In this document: positions 12,131-24,454 of the stretch, piece by piece
Numbering within the stretch: the stretch's first letter is position 1
How the letters are laid out: each line of letters starts with the position of its first letter
Source of the DNA: Mantamonas sphyraenae STR306
Taxonomy: Eukaryota; Protista; CRuMs
Length of the DNA: 64,000 nt
Assembly (NCBI GenBank): GCA_026936335.1
Contig: JAPMXV010000037.1
Span: 186,001-250,000 of the forward strand
Direction of reading: 5' to 3'
Notes under the pieces: model-generated
Seen by the model: the letters and a program-made list of their open reading frames with translations, nothing else
Told to the model about the DNA's origin: nothing
The model's database searches: none
Position numbers and translations under genes: made by a program

Positions 12131-12575
12131 ATGTCTGGACGTCAGCAGCTCTTCCGTACGGCCACGGCGGCCTCGCGCACATCCATGCGTTCTCAGAACC
12201 GCGTCATGACCCAGCAGGTCCGCGGCATGGCCGGCGGAGGTTCCGAAGGCGGCGTGCCCAACGAATACGTGAGTTTCAGCGGCCCGTACTCGCCGCACAC
12301 ACACCGCGCACCCTCATTGTTGCTCACACCCGTTTGCATACAACCACGTGCATGTGTTCATACCCGTTCCATGTCCCTGCAGATCGTCCTCGGTGTCCTC
12401 GGCGGGTGAGTTTTTCTCCACTGCCTGCCGCCTCCTCGGCTTTTCCCCTCTGGCCGCTCCCGGGCATTGCCCACGGGTCACCCGCACACTCTGCTCACGC
12501 ACACCCATGCGCATGTCCATCCGCCTTTACATCCACCACAGCTACGGTGCCCTCGCCTACGCCATGTCCTCGTAA
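12131..12575 (+). CDS. Three-exon ~64-aa mitochondrial single-TM microprotein (exons 12131-12268, 12383-12405, 12542-12575)
   Basis: Two canonical GTGAGT...CAG introns give MSGRQQLFRTATAASRTSMRSQNRVMTQQVRGMAGGGSEGGVPNEYIVLGVLGGYGALAYAMSS*: an Arg-rich, acid-free presequence followed by one hydrophobic helix. Confidence 0.7.
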
Positions 12576-12781
12576 AACTGGCCCGAGGAAATGAAGCTCG
12601 AATCCGCTTGCCTCGGCTCGATCATTCCACTCTTGCTCTCCTTCTTTCTCGTCGTCTTGTTCGTCTCTCCTTCCATCCCGTGTCCTGTCCCTGTCTCTCT
12701 CTCTCTCTGTGCGGTGCACCGGGTGTGTTTGCAACCAACGGTCCAACACAATTCAACACCGCACGTCAGGGCCGAGCCAGG

Positions 12782-13368
12782 ATGGTGAGCGTTGTCACAG
12801 GTTTTTCCCCAGGGCCCGCTTTGCGCCGCTCACACCCAGTCCATGGCATCGTCGTCGTTGCCACGCAGTACTTTTGTCCAAACTGCGGCACTCTGCTGCT
12901 TGTGTACCTGCCTCCAATGCCCGAGGACAACGAGGCGCTCAACACAAACTACTGGTTCTGTCGCATGTGTTCGTACAAGTGCGACGTGCAGAACAAGATG
13001 TCCACGGTGGTTCAGTACGAGTCCAAACAGGTCGATGATGTCATCGACAACGACTCGCGTTGGGACAATGCCCAGTACACAAATGGTAGGCCGCCGCCGC
13101 CGCTCGTTTTCGCGGGACCTTGCATCAGCCTCGGCTTCAGTTGTTCACACACAAACACACACACACGCGCTCTACGCAACTGTGCTCCCTCTCTCTCCCA
13201 CTCACACACTTCTCACGCCACACCCACCTGTGCGCAGATGCAAAGTGTCCCGAGTGCTCAGAGACCAAGGCGTACTACTTCCAAGTGCAGATGCGCAGCG
13301 CCGACGAGCCGATGACCACCTTTTTCCGCTGCAGCCAGTGCGAACACAATTGGCGCGACGACAACTGA
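12782..13368 (+). CDS. POLR3K: RNA polymerase III subunit C11 (RPC10/RPC11); introns 12785-12868 and 13086-13237
   Basis: Spliced product M|YFCPNCGTLL...CRMCSY...VDDVI...|DAKCPECSETKAYYFQVQMRSADEPMTTFFRCSQCEHNW; TFIIS-like QxRSADEP zinc ribbon. Confidence 0.9.
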
Positions 13369-13493
13369 AGAATTGCAAAGAAGAACAAGGAGACGAAGAA
13401 GACAAACACCACAGCGGCGCCACCATACCACGCGTTCATTGTCTCCCACGCTGCTTTTCTCGCTACTGCTGCTACTGCTGCTGCTACTGGCCC

Positions 13494-15215
13494 TCACAGG
13501 CCCCCGTACACGGGGCCTTCTTGTGCAAAGTTATACCCGCGGTTATTCTTATTCCTGGGGGCACGGGTGTACCGTGACATGGAATCCTCGACGAATAGAG
13601 GCGCCTTGTCCTCCTCTGCCTGTTCTCGCAACCTCTCAATCTCCTTTTCCCGCCGCATCCGTCGTGCCTGCCACCACACAAACCCTGCCGTCACTGCCAG
13701 AATCACAAACGAAATCGTAAACACAATGAACACGGCCGACGGCTGGCATTCGCCACTCCCGGGCGCCGCATAGTACAGCGCAGGGCACTTCACCGGCTCC
13801 CCGACCCCCAGTTCGCAGTAATGGTCCGCTGGGCATTGCAGCGCCTGTGCGTTGGCCTCGTTGGGACAGTAGTAGCCCTGCATGGCCATGTATGGTGTGC
13901 CAATCTCTGTGTGTGTGAGCGTCCAGACCCCTCACTCACACTTCCCCTTTTCTCTCTCCTGCACTTACGGTTGGACACAACAGGCATGCTCTGGCACTGG
14001 TGCTTCCTAGACTCGGGTTGTACTTGCCCTTGCCGCACCCTGTGCAGCGCGTCTGCTCGCGCTTGGGGTTAAACTTGCCCTGCTCGCACGCCACACAGCT
14101 GCCCACCGTGGACGCTCCGCTCTGCACGCTGTCCACCTCGCTCGATGTGAGAACACTCACGGGTGTGAATGCACTCGTGCCGTGCTGGCCCTCCAAACAC
14201 TCGAAGCAGCTTGTTGAACGCGTGTTGCTCCCTTCGCCCGGAGCACACAGCGCACAGAATGAATTGTTCTGCACCAAGCCCCCCTCCTGTGTCAGTGCCC
14301 GTCTTGCCCTTTGTACCCTCTTGGCAATCTTCATATGAAGCCTCACACGGCTTTTTGCACACGTACCATGCCGACTGCGTACGTTCCGGCGCCGCAATCG
14401 ATGCACGCCGTTTGGGCCTCTCCACGCGCAAATGTGCCCGGTTCACATGCGGTACAGTTTGTGGCGTCACGGATGGTCGACACAAATCCACTCGTGCAAT
14501 CGAAACAGCGTGTTTGGCCCTGTGGGATTCGTTGTCAGCGGGTTTGTTTGCACACGTCTGCGCAAAGTTGACCGCGTGTCCTCTCCTTACCATTTCCGGC
14601 TGGTAGTGGCCCATTTCACAGAATGAGCAAACCGCACGTCCAACAACGTCCGCATACTTTCCCACAGGACACTCATAACACGTCGTTTGTCCCTGTGTAG
14701 AGCGAGAGACGAAAGGAGGAGGGGAGTTGTGCGCGCGTAAGCTGATGCGATGGTCCTACCGCCCTTTGCCCCTCCTCCACTGATTCCCTCCCTCGTCCAC
14801 CCACCTTTTCTTCTTGGTAGTGGCCTACGTCGCAACTTGTGCACACGGTCGCATTGCCCTGTGCGTACGTGCCTCGTCCGCACTCGTCGCACGAAGTTGC
14901 CGCGGACGAAGCGGCAAAGTAGCCCGGTTGGCACGCAGGACATGCCTCGCCCAGACCTGTCACGTTGTTGTAGCTTCCCGGAGCACAGTCTGTGCACACA
15001 CTGACGCCCTGTTGTGTGTTGTACGTGCCTTCTGCGCACGCTGTGCAGTTGTCTGCGTGTTTACAGAAGCCCACCATTGCACACTGCGCCATGCACGTCC
15101 CTCCGGCAAACGTGCCCGCGGGACACGCCACGCATGTATTGTTCTCTGCTCTGCATTCGCCTACCGCGCATCCAAGCAGCACCACGACCGCAAGCAACCA
15201 CACAAGCTCGCGCAT
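13494..15215 (-). CDS. Cys-rich (TNFR/ephrin-receptor-like repeat) type I membrane protein, multi-exon
   Basis: Signal peptide MRELVWLLAVVVLLGCAVG; CxxCxPGxY repeats across several ORF fragments separated by GT-AG introns; C-terminal TM (AVFIVFTISFVILAVTAGFVWW) with a short basic cytoplasmic tail. Confidence 0.8.
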
Positions 15216-15507
15216 CCCGGCCTTTTCCTTTGCCTGCCTTGCCTGCACGCACGCGCACAAGACGGAAACCAATATGCTGGAGCAAGAGAGTAAGATAGAG
15301 AAAGAGAGTACGAGAGTAAACACTGCCAGTGCATTTTCCTGTCTTTCCACAGCTGCCTTGTACGCCGCTGCAGGTGGGACAGCTCTCCAGAGTGAGGTGG
15401 GCTCACGCAAGGCACACCCGGCAGCACTCAGTGGCCCGCGACATCGCAGGCCTGCCGTTCAGATGCTCCTCTCCGCCCCGCCCTCACTCACCTGTGCCAT
15501 GCTGCAC

Positions 15508-16988
<1,481 letters not shown>

Positions 16989-17100
16989 TCATGCACACGC
17001 CCACATGCACACACCCTGCACACAGTGCCCTGTGCACATGTGTGTGTCCATGCCGTCCTCCATGCACCTCTTCTCCCCTGTGCAGCTGCCTGCAAAGTGG

Positions 17101-17554
17101 CCGTTGTGGCACAGAGAGCCGTTGGCCTGGGCTCTTTCGCGCCCGTTTTTCCCGCCCTGCGCGCCCTTTTGCCACCTCACAGCCTCGCACACGCACTCCA
17201 CACATGCGCTGCACGTGCCTCAACCACCTCATACGCTTCCATGCACATCCCTGGCCATGTTTACACGGTTGCCGTTGGCCCAGCACACACACATCGTGTG
17301 CAAAGGAGCCGTTGCCGAATCCGGCGAGCAGCTCCAAAAAACCGCCACCGAATTGCAACCGGCCCATACACCCATCCACGAGTGTGCACAGAGCATGCAA
17401 ACACACACATTCCATGTGCGTGCACATCGCATACGCGTTGCCACCCTCGCCATGCCATGCACACACTCTCAACACGCTGCATTGCGCAGAGAGGAAAACG
17501 AGCCCAAAGGGCGAAAAGGGGCGAGCGCGGGTTTTTTTTCGACTCACTTTTGAA
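17101..17554 (-). promoter_or_regulatory. Cluster of MSA-like AACGG (x5), E2F-like (x2) and CHR-like motifs upstream of tubulin copy 1
   Basis: CCGTT at 17101, 17119, 17143, 17272, 17309; TTTCGCGC at 17135, TTTCCCGC at 17148; TTTGAA at 17549. Confidence 0.5.
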
Positions 17555-17642
17555 TGGGTTTGGCTGATCGCGCGCATCGCCCGCAGCACAGCTTTTGCAC
17601 AGACCACCCCAACACACTTTCTCCTCCTTCCTCCTTCCTTGC

Positions 17643-20028
17643 TCACCTGTCCGCACGCAATTGCATCCAATCGTCAAGTCGTAGCAGCTCGTCAATGCTC
17701 CACGGCTTCGTCTTGCCTTCCTCCGTCATGCTCTTGCGCAGAGCACTCCAGCGCTCATCGGTGATGTCCTCGTGTTGGGAGACCATGTGAAACATGTGGT
17801 GGCGGATGCTGGGACGCTCCATGTTACAGGCATTGGGATCGGCACCGACCACGTTCAGCAGAAAGTGAGCACATGCTTGCTTGCGTTCCAGCAGGGCGCT
17901 GGAGAATGCATTGTTCCCATTTGCGTCCACATGATGCATGTTGCATCCGAGTTCGTGGCAGGCAACCACAGAGTCGATGTTTCCGTGCAGCGACGCCACA
18001 GAAACTGCAGAATCCCCCTTGCTGCGTCGCCCCGCCTCTTTGTCCACACCCAAATGGGCAAGTACATACAGGGTCGACGGATGGTCGATCGCTGCCGCCT
18101 TGTAAAAAGGTGTGCGGTCATCACCGAGGGGAATGTCAAAATCGGCCCCCAGAATGGCCAGTTCCTGGATCACCTCGTCGTGCCCCTGCTCTGCGGCAAT
18201 GAACGCTGCCGTGGCCCCATTGGCATTGCGTGCGTTGACATCGAATCCTTTGGCGTGTGACAACACACGCACCATCTCCACGTTGCCCAGAACGGCATGC
18301 CTCCATCAGCGGAGTCCAGAACATGAAACTGTTCACCGAGGCATCCGCACCGGCCTCCACAAGCACCCTGAGCCCTTCCATGTTCTCATTCTTGACTGCA
18401 ATCAACAATGGCGTTGAGCGGCGCCATTCAATTTCTCTGCTGATTAACAACTGACCATTCTTGTCACGCTTTCCCAGACGCACGAGATGTGTGAGAACCT
18501 CCAGATGCTTTGCCGTGCTTGTGGCTATGACAATCACATTGGTGTGCGCTTCATCTTGGTCCTCCTCGGAAACAAATTCGAGCATGTCGCGCACCAGAGA
18601 CCACGTGACACCGGGCCACTCGTCAAACACATCGCCAACCGCTGTGGCTTTCAGCCCAGGACCATCTGGATTACACCCACGAGCTCGATCCCTTTTCATC
18701 TTGCCGATGATGTGTCTCAGCATGTGTGTGTGTTCCTCGGTGGGCGAGTTCCGCTGCACAAACTCTGCGTACTTGCCAAGCACGTCCTGGTTGCAAGGCA
18801 GCAAATCCTCCTGCAGCATCCAATGCAACCACTTGCCACCCGTTCCAATCTTGTTTGCGTGCACCGTTTTGCCCAATTCCTCACGCAACCCTTCCCTACG
18901 TCGCCCCTCGTCTTCTGCAAACGCAATCCCCTGCAGCCGCCCGTAGTACAACTCCTGCACCACTTCCATTGGGGTGTTGTCACCCAAGAATCCCGTGAGA
19001 CACTGCTTCAACACACCCGTCAGGATCACCAACACCGACTCGGCGCTGATCATCTCCAGCTCCATCCCACGCATCAACGTCTCCTCCAACACAGCCACGT
19101 TTGCTCTGTTTCCAATGCTTACTGCTTTCGTCATGGCTCGTGCGAGGTTTGATTCCTCGTATGTCTCCTCAGGCGTCAATACGCTGCGGATGAGGGCATC
19201 CAGAGTAGGGGCTGCCCCTTCCGTCCCAGCAAGGCCAATCCACACCCTGCTGCGACGCCGTTGTACGCTATCCATCAGGGCGTTGAGAATGGTGAGATTG
19301 GTTCCTGCATGTAGCAGCCACAATGGCGCCACGGGGGCCGATCCACTCGCACTCATTGACGCCAAAGTTTCGAGGAAGAGGGTCACAAGCTCCAGGGAGC
19401 CCTGGTCGATGGCTGCCACCATCTCAACACTCGACACGACGTTGGGACTGCTTGCACACAACACTTGTGCACACACGACGTGTCCACGCAGCACAGCCAC
19501 CATCAGCGGCGTCTCCTTTCGCGCGTTCTTGGTTGTCAGGAATTGGTCCAGCTGATCGCTTTCCGCCGCAACCTCCACCAACACCTGCAGCGCCTCGACA
19601 CACCCGAAATGGCATGCAATGTGTCCCATCGTCAGCTTGTTGCTTGTTTCCACCAGGAGCAAGGCGGGCTTCAGCAGCACACGCAGCAGCTCTGCGCGAT
19701 TGTGCTGTGCAGCGACCACGTAAAGCGGTGTCTTTTTCGCGTTTGGCACCATCGCCACCGCCTTTGCCAACCTCCTATTCCCAGACAGTCTCTCCACAAG
19801 ATACTCCAGCGCATGTCCCTGCGCCACCATGATGTGTGCAGTGCCTCCACGCTCCTCAACAAGGGTAAACTCCAAGAGCCGCAGCAACGCCTTCTTCTCC
19901 TCCCCCTCCTCATCGTCCACCAATTCCATTGCCTCCTTCTCTACTGCCTGCAATGTTTCCACGTCCTTTTCCAACACACCAGCCCGGTAGGCGAAACACA
20001 GCCTCTCCCATGCTTCCGATGTGCTCAT
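17643..20028 (-). CDS. Ankyrin-repeat protein; apparent frameshift at ~18287
   Basis: Ankyrin motifs (ETPLMVAVLRGH, STPLLIAVKNEN, WTPLMEACR/GNVEMVRVL, GATAAFIAAEQGH) across ORFs 18136..20115 and 17643..18281. Confidence 0.8.
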
Positions 20029-20215
20029 TTTACTGCCAACGATGTTTGTTTTGGGTGCACAGTCGTCCTGACACACATGCATGCAGTTCGTGGTGAGTGG
20101 AGCAAGGAGAGCCATGGAACTTGGCCAGCAAAGGTGGATGGAGGCGATGGAGGCGGCATGGGTGATGAACGGGGAAGAGAGGCGTCATGCATTCCAGTGG
20201 GGGGGATGAAGGTCC

Positions 20216-21208
20216 TCACATGACCTCGTCGTTGACAAACTGGATGATGGCATCAGCCAGAGCCTCTGGGTTGTCACCCTGGACGCTATGGCCGGCGTCG
20301 GGTACATTGACCACCCTGCGTGCGGCATGGGCATTGGTTGCCTCGAAGCGTTGACGCTGGGAATCGTTGGTGAATGGAGACTTGTCGCCGGTGACCAAGC
20401 AACCCTGGCTTCTCCACAGTCTCGAGAGCGGCCCAGAGAGGATCACCGTGTTCGAGGGCACGCTGGGCGATGCTTTCGTCGGTGATGAAATCCATGGTGT
20501 ATCCCCATGTCCACTTGCCATCCTCGCGTTGCCTAAGGTTGGGTTGCAGCCTGCGTGCAAGGTTCTCTCGCGAGCGGGTGGGGTTTGCAGCCATTGCCGC
20601 GTCGATGAACGCCTCGAAGCTATCGTGTTCTGCATTGGCGCGCACAAACGCAAGCATGTTGTGTGTGGCCGTGTCATCCACCGTTGGGGTGATGTCCACC
20701 AGCACAAAGGCCCGCACGAGTCGTCTGTGCCCACGTGCAGCGATGCATTGCCCAACGCCGCCACAAGGTTCAGCCCTCCCATGGACATGCCCATTGCCAC
20801 CACAGGTTCCTCCTTGCCCAACAGCGCATATTCGTCGCTGCGCATCTGTTGCACCCATCGGTCCATGTCTCGTGCCTGCACGGCGTGGCTGTAGTCGCCT
20901 TGGGTGGCCCTCCCACTTCGGCCGTGACCACGCTGGTCGCAGGCAATCACTGCGCCCCCTCGCGCCGTGTACACCTCTGCAAAATCCTCCCATGTATGCA
21001 CTGTTTGACCCGAGCCATGCAAACACACCAGCGTGGGCAGCTGGCCCACAGAACTGCTGCCAGCGTCCGGCCGTACGCTCACCGTGTTCAGCACCATCGG
21101 ATCCTCTTCCGTGCCCACATCCACCATTGCCGAATCCATACGAGCGGCCCCAAGGAACTTGGAGCTCACCTCCTGTCGCACCACATTGCGTCCAGCACGA
21201 ACAAACAT
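20216..21208 (-). CDS. Alpha/beta hydrolase; two compensating apparent frameshifts (~20745, ~20400)
   Basis: LVCLHGSG, DQRGHGRS, nucleophile GMSMGG, VLVDITP (alternate frame), catalytic His in AGHSVQGDNP. Confidence 0.85.
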   Translation of the reverse strand: MFVRAGRNVVRQEVSSKFLGAARMDSAMVDVGTEEDPMVLNTVSVRPDAGSSSVGQLPTLVCLHGSGQTVHTWEDFAEVYTARGGAVIACDQRGHGRSGRATQGDYSHAVQARDMDRWVQQMRSDEYALLGKEEPVVAMGMSMGGLNLVAALGNASLHVGTDDSCGPLCWWTSPQRWMTRPHTTCLRLCAPMQNTIASRRSSTRQWLQTPPARERTLHAGCNPTLGNARMASGHGDTPWISSPTKASPSVPSNTVILSGPLSRLWRSQGCLVTGDKSPFTNDSQRQRFEATNAHAARRVVNVPDAGHSVQGDNPEALADAIIQFVNDEVM

Positions 21209-21262
21209 GGGGATTTGTGGCTGTAGCGCAGGCGCAAGCACACACCATCCACCACCAGCGTC

Positions 21263-22453
21263 ATGTCCAGCAACAGCGACACCCAACAACAGACCCAAAA
21301 GGACACCGAGATGCCTGATGGCATCCTTGTTGGTCGCATGGACCACTATGGCGGCGTCACTGTCGACTCGGAGCTTCCCGACTCTGCCGACGCGTTTCGA
21401 GTCGCTTTGGTGGCCAGTCTCGACTGGTGGATTGCCACAGGCAAGCGAGGCATCGTGAGTTTTCGATGTCCCAGTTGCCCAAAAATGGGCGGGGGAATGT
21501 CCTGCTTGTCTGTAGAGAACCCCCCCCCTTCCCAGCTGACACCTCACCCCAACACTCCGCTTCCCCAGTGGATCAAAGTGCCGCTCGCCTCCGCGTTTGC
21601 CATCCCCATTCTTGCCGAACACGAATTCAAATTCCATCACGCAGAGAAGGAATATTGCATGATGACACGATGGCTGCCCACCCACGAGGAGGATTTGTTG
21701 CCTGTGTTTGCCTCGCACACCATCGGTGAGTGTGCCTAGTCGCCGAACACACACACACAGGCCTCCGAATCGCCACTGACACGCTGATACTCGTCATGGA
21801 TGCACAGGGGTCGGTGGTATGGTTATCGATCAGGAGCGTGGCAATGTTCTGGTCATCAAGGAGCAATATTCCATTGGCAAGGCTCGATGGAAGCTTCCGG
21901 GCTGGACTTGTCGTGAGTTGCTCGCCTCCCGCTCCCACTCACTGATAACCCAACAACTGACCCTGACCCTGCACCCACATCCCCACTCCCCTTCAGGATC
22001 CCGGAGAGGATCTGCGACGTGGCGTGGAACGCGAAGTGCGCGAGGAAACCGGCATTGAAAGCAAGTTCATCGCTGTGCTGGGCTTTCGCCAACGTCGCAC
22101 GTTCCGATTCGGCCGCTCCGACATGTATTTCGTGTGTCTCATGGAGCCCTGTGTCGTTTGACATCGACAAGGACGACAGGGAGATCGCAGACAGCTGCTG
22201 GATGCCCATCGAGGAGCTGGAACAGCTCTCGGCAGACGGCGAACTGCACAAAATGGTGGAATACGTCGCACGTACCGTGTCTCTGGTGCATCGCAAGCGC
22301 AAAGAGGGTCAAGAGGATGACACACTGCAGGTGATATGGGCAGACGAGGGGGTGTACGAGAACGATGACAACGACGTCATCTTCACGACGCCATGGCTGA
22401 CCACACAGGCAAATGAGGGCTCCAACGACGACGCCAAGCAAGCATCACAATGA
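21263..22453 (+). CDS. Nudix hydrolase, NUDT6-like; 3 introns, apparent frameshifts ~21903 and ~22150
   Basis: Pre-Nudix domain (DHYGGV, SLDWW, WIKVP, FKFHHAE, MTRWL); WKLPG[G]LV|DPGEDLRRGVEREVREETG Nudix box; SDMYFVC. Confidence 0.85.
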
Positions 22454-23682
22454 ACATTCCACTTCCAAATGCCTCGCCTTGGCCATGACAGCCTCCATAT
22501 CCAGGTACCCGCCCTGGATCCGTCGATTGCCGCTGAATTCGGTGCGGCCGTGCAGCACACGCCAGTTGTTGGTCAGCAGAAGGGTGCCTGGTTGCAATGC
22601 AAATCGTACCTCGTTCTCGGGGGCGTAGATGTTGGCCCCCAGCTGGGCCCATGCGTCGTAGAATTCGTCCTGCAGAGTGTGGTCCACGTGCAGCCAGCTG
22701 CGATCGTTGTTGTTGAAGCGGATATGGTAAAGGTTGCCCGTGACCGAGTCGGATTTCAGCACGCTGTCCTCCATACGCAGCTGCTTGTCCGCGTCGATGT
22801 AGTGTGCCGGAAGGTGAAGTCGCTCCAGCAGTGAGCGCACGTGTGTGGACAGTGCGTACGCTGCGTGGAACCCATCCCCAATGGTGGAATCGCCTCCTTC
22901 GCACTCGCGTTTCACACAGTGGAACATCTGAAATCCCGCCGGGTCGTGGCAATAGGTTCCGTCTGTGTGCAGCGGCAGCGCTTCCTCGCTGTACGCACTG
23001 TCCTGGATGCTTCCGTCTGCACCAAACTCCCACCGTGTGCCAAACATGCTTGCGCGTCCATACCCTGCCAATCGCACGGCCAGCTTGTCCACCGCCTCCA
23101 GACTCGTGGGCGTGTCTTCCACCAGAAGGAACCCACGCGCAAACAGCAACTGCAGCGCCTCACGCAGCTGTGTGTCGTCCACATCCTCCTCTTCACAAAG
23201 TTTTGGGTACGCCACCTGAGGTAGCCCCATGTTCGACAGGCGCTCTGCATCCCACGTGTGGGCCTCGGACACGCTGGGACCCTGCGCACGTCGCACGAGC
23301 CCTGCAGGTTGCACGCATGCGTCTCGGTGAAGCTGTGGCTTGGACGACAGGCGAGAAAGCGGATACTGTGTCACGTGGCCGTCCTGCCACTCCAACCGAA
23401 GCGTGCTGCCGTCGTGGTCCACGTTCAACAAGGCCAGCTCCCCTTGCTCCTCCTGCGCCTTGAGCTGATGGAAAGCAACAAAGGCAATGTGGAGAGGGAG
23501 TCAGCGAGGCATGGGAGCAAACATGGAAAGCACGGTTGCACACTCACATGAAACGTGTCCACCTTGCGCTGCGAGGTGATTCCATCCCAGCAATCTGCAC
23601 ACTCGCAGTGATCGCGCAGCCATAGATTGCTCCATGTGTTGTTGTGCACACGCAACTTGTTGCGGTTCACTCTTCTCAGCAT
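22445..23682 (-). CDS. TMLHE: Trimethyllysine dioxygenase (TauD/2OG-Fe oxygenase); intron 23465-23547
   Basis: WLRDHCECADC Zn domain; LPLHTDGTYCHDPAGFQMFHC and NWRVLHGRTEFSGNRRIQGGY match the TMLHE pattern (HTDxTYFxxPxGxQxFHC, NWRVLHGR). Confidence 0.75.
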
Positions 23683-23723
23683 GTGTGATTGCAGCGTTGC
23701 CCTGGTGGATCCAGCGCAGAAAA

Positions 23724-24435
23724 ATGACCTCCTCGTCCATCCTGTGTCCCCATCCGGCGGCCACTCGACGTGCAGCCACCCATCTCGCGCATGCTGTCCT
23801 CTCCCAATTCCCCACCCCTGTGCTTCTCCTTCTTGATGGGTATGAACGTGTGTGTGTGTGTGTGTGTGTGTGGGTGGCGTGGCGTTGGCTGATCACTCAC
23901 ACCGGCAACAGGGACGTCGGCATCGGCAAGAGCGTCTTTGCACGTGCCTATATCCGCACGTTGGCCAATGACCCACACCTACTGGTCACGTCACCCACCT
24001 ATATGATCGACAATGTGTACGAGTCCACTCAGAACGGCGTCGACTTTCTGTTCGTTGCGCGTTTTCCTCGACCAACACTCCCCGTTCCCCTCCCCTTCTC
24101 CTCTGACACCTCCCACTGGTATCAGGATTCACCACTTTGACCTGTATCGATTGCGCAGGGGCGATGACATGAACCTCGTGGGTCTCCACGACGCCTTTGC
24201 CCAGCACCACACCGTCGTCGAGTGGCCCGATCGCCTCTCTGCAGACGACCTTGCATGCACAGGTCGTGGACACCTGCACGTCTCCTTTGCCCAACACCAC
24301 AGCCAGTCTGCTGGTGACAAATCCATGCACGAGGAGGACGACAACGCCTACGAGGAGAATGAGGAGGACGCGGAGGAGATTCATTCGCTTGCTCTGTCTC
24401 TCACCGTCGTCCCTCCGCTGGAACTGCCCCTGTGA
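23724..24435 (+). CDS. tsaE: TsaE/YjeE-family ATPase (t6A biosynthesis); introns ~23840-23910 and 24050-24125
   Basis: Spliced Walker A LDG|DVGIGKSVFARAYI; VTSPTY; IHHFDLYRL; VVEWPDRL are the diagnostic TsaE motifs. Confidence 0.85.
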
Positions 24436-24454
24436 GACCTCAACCGACACCAAA

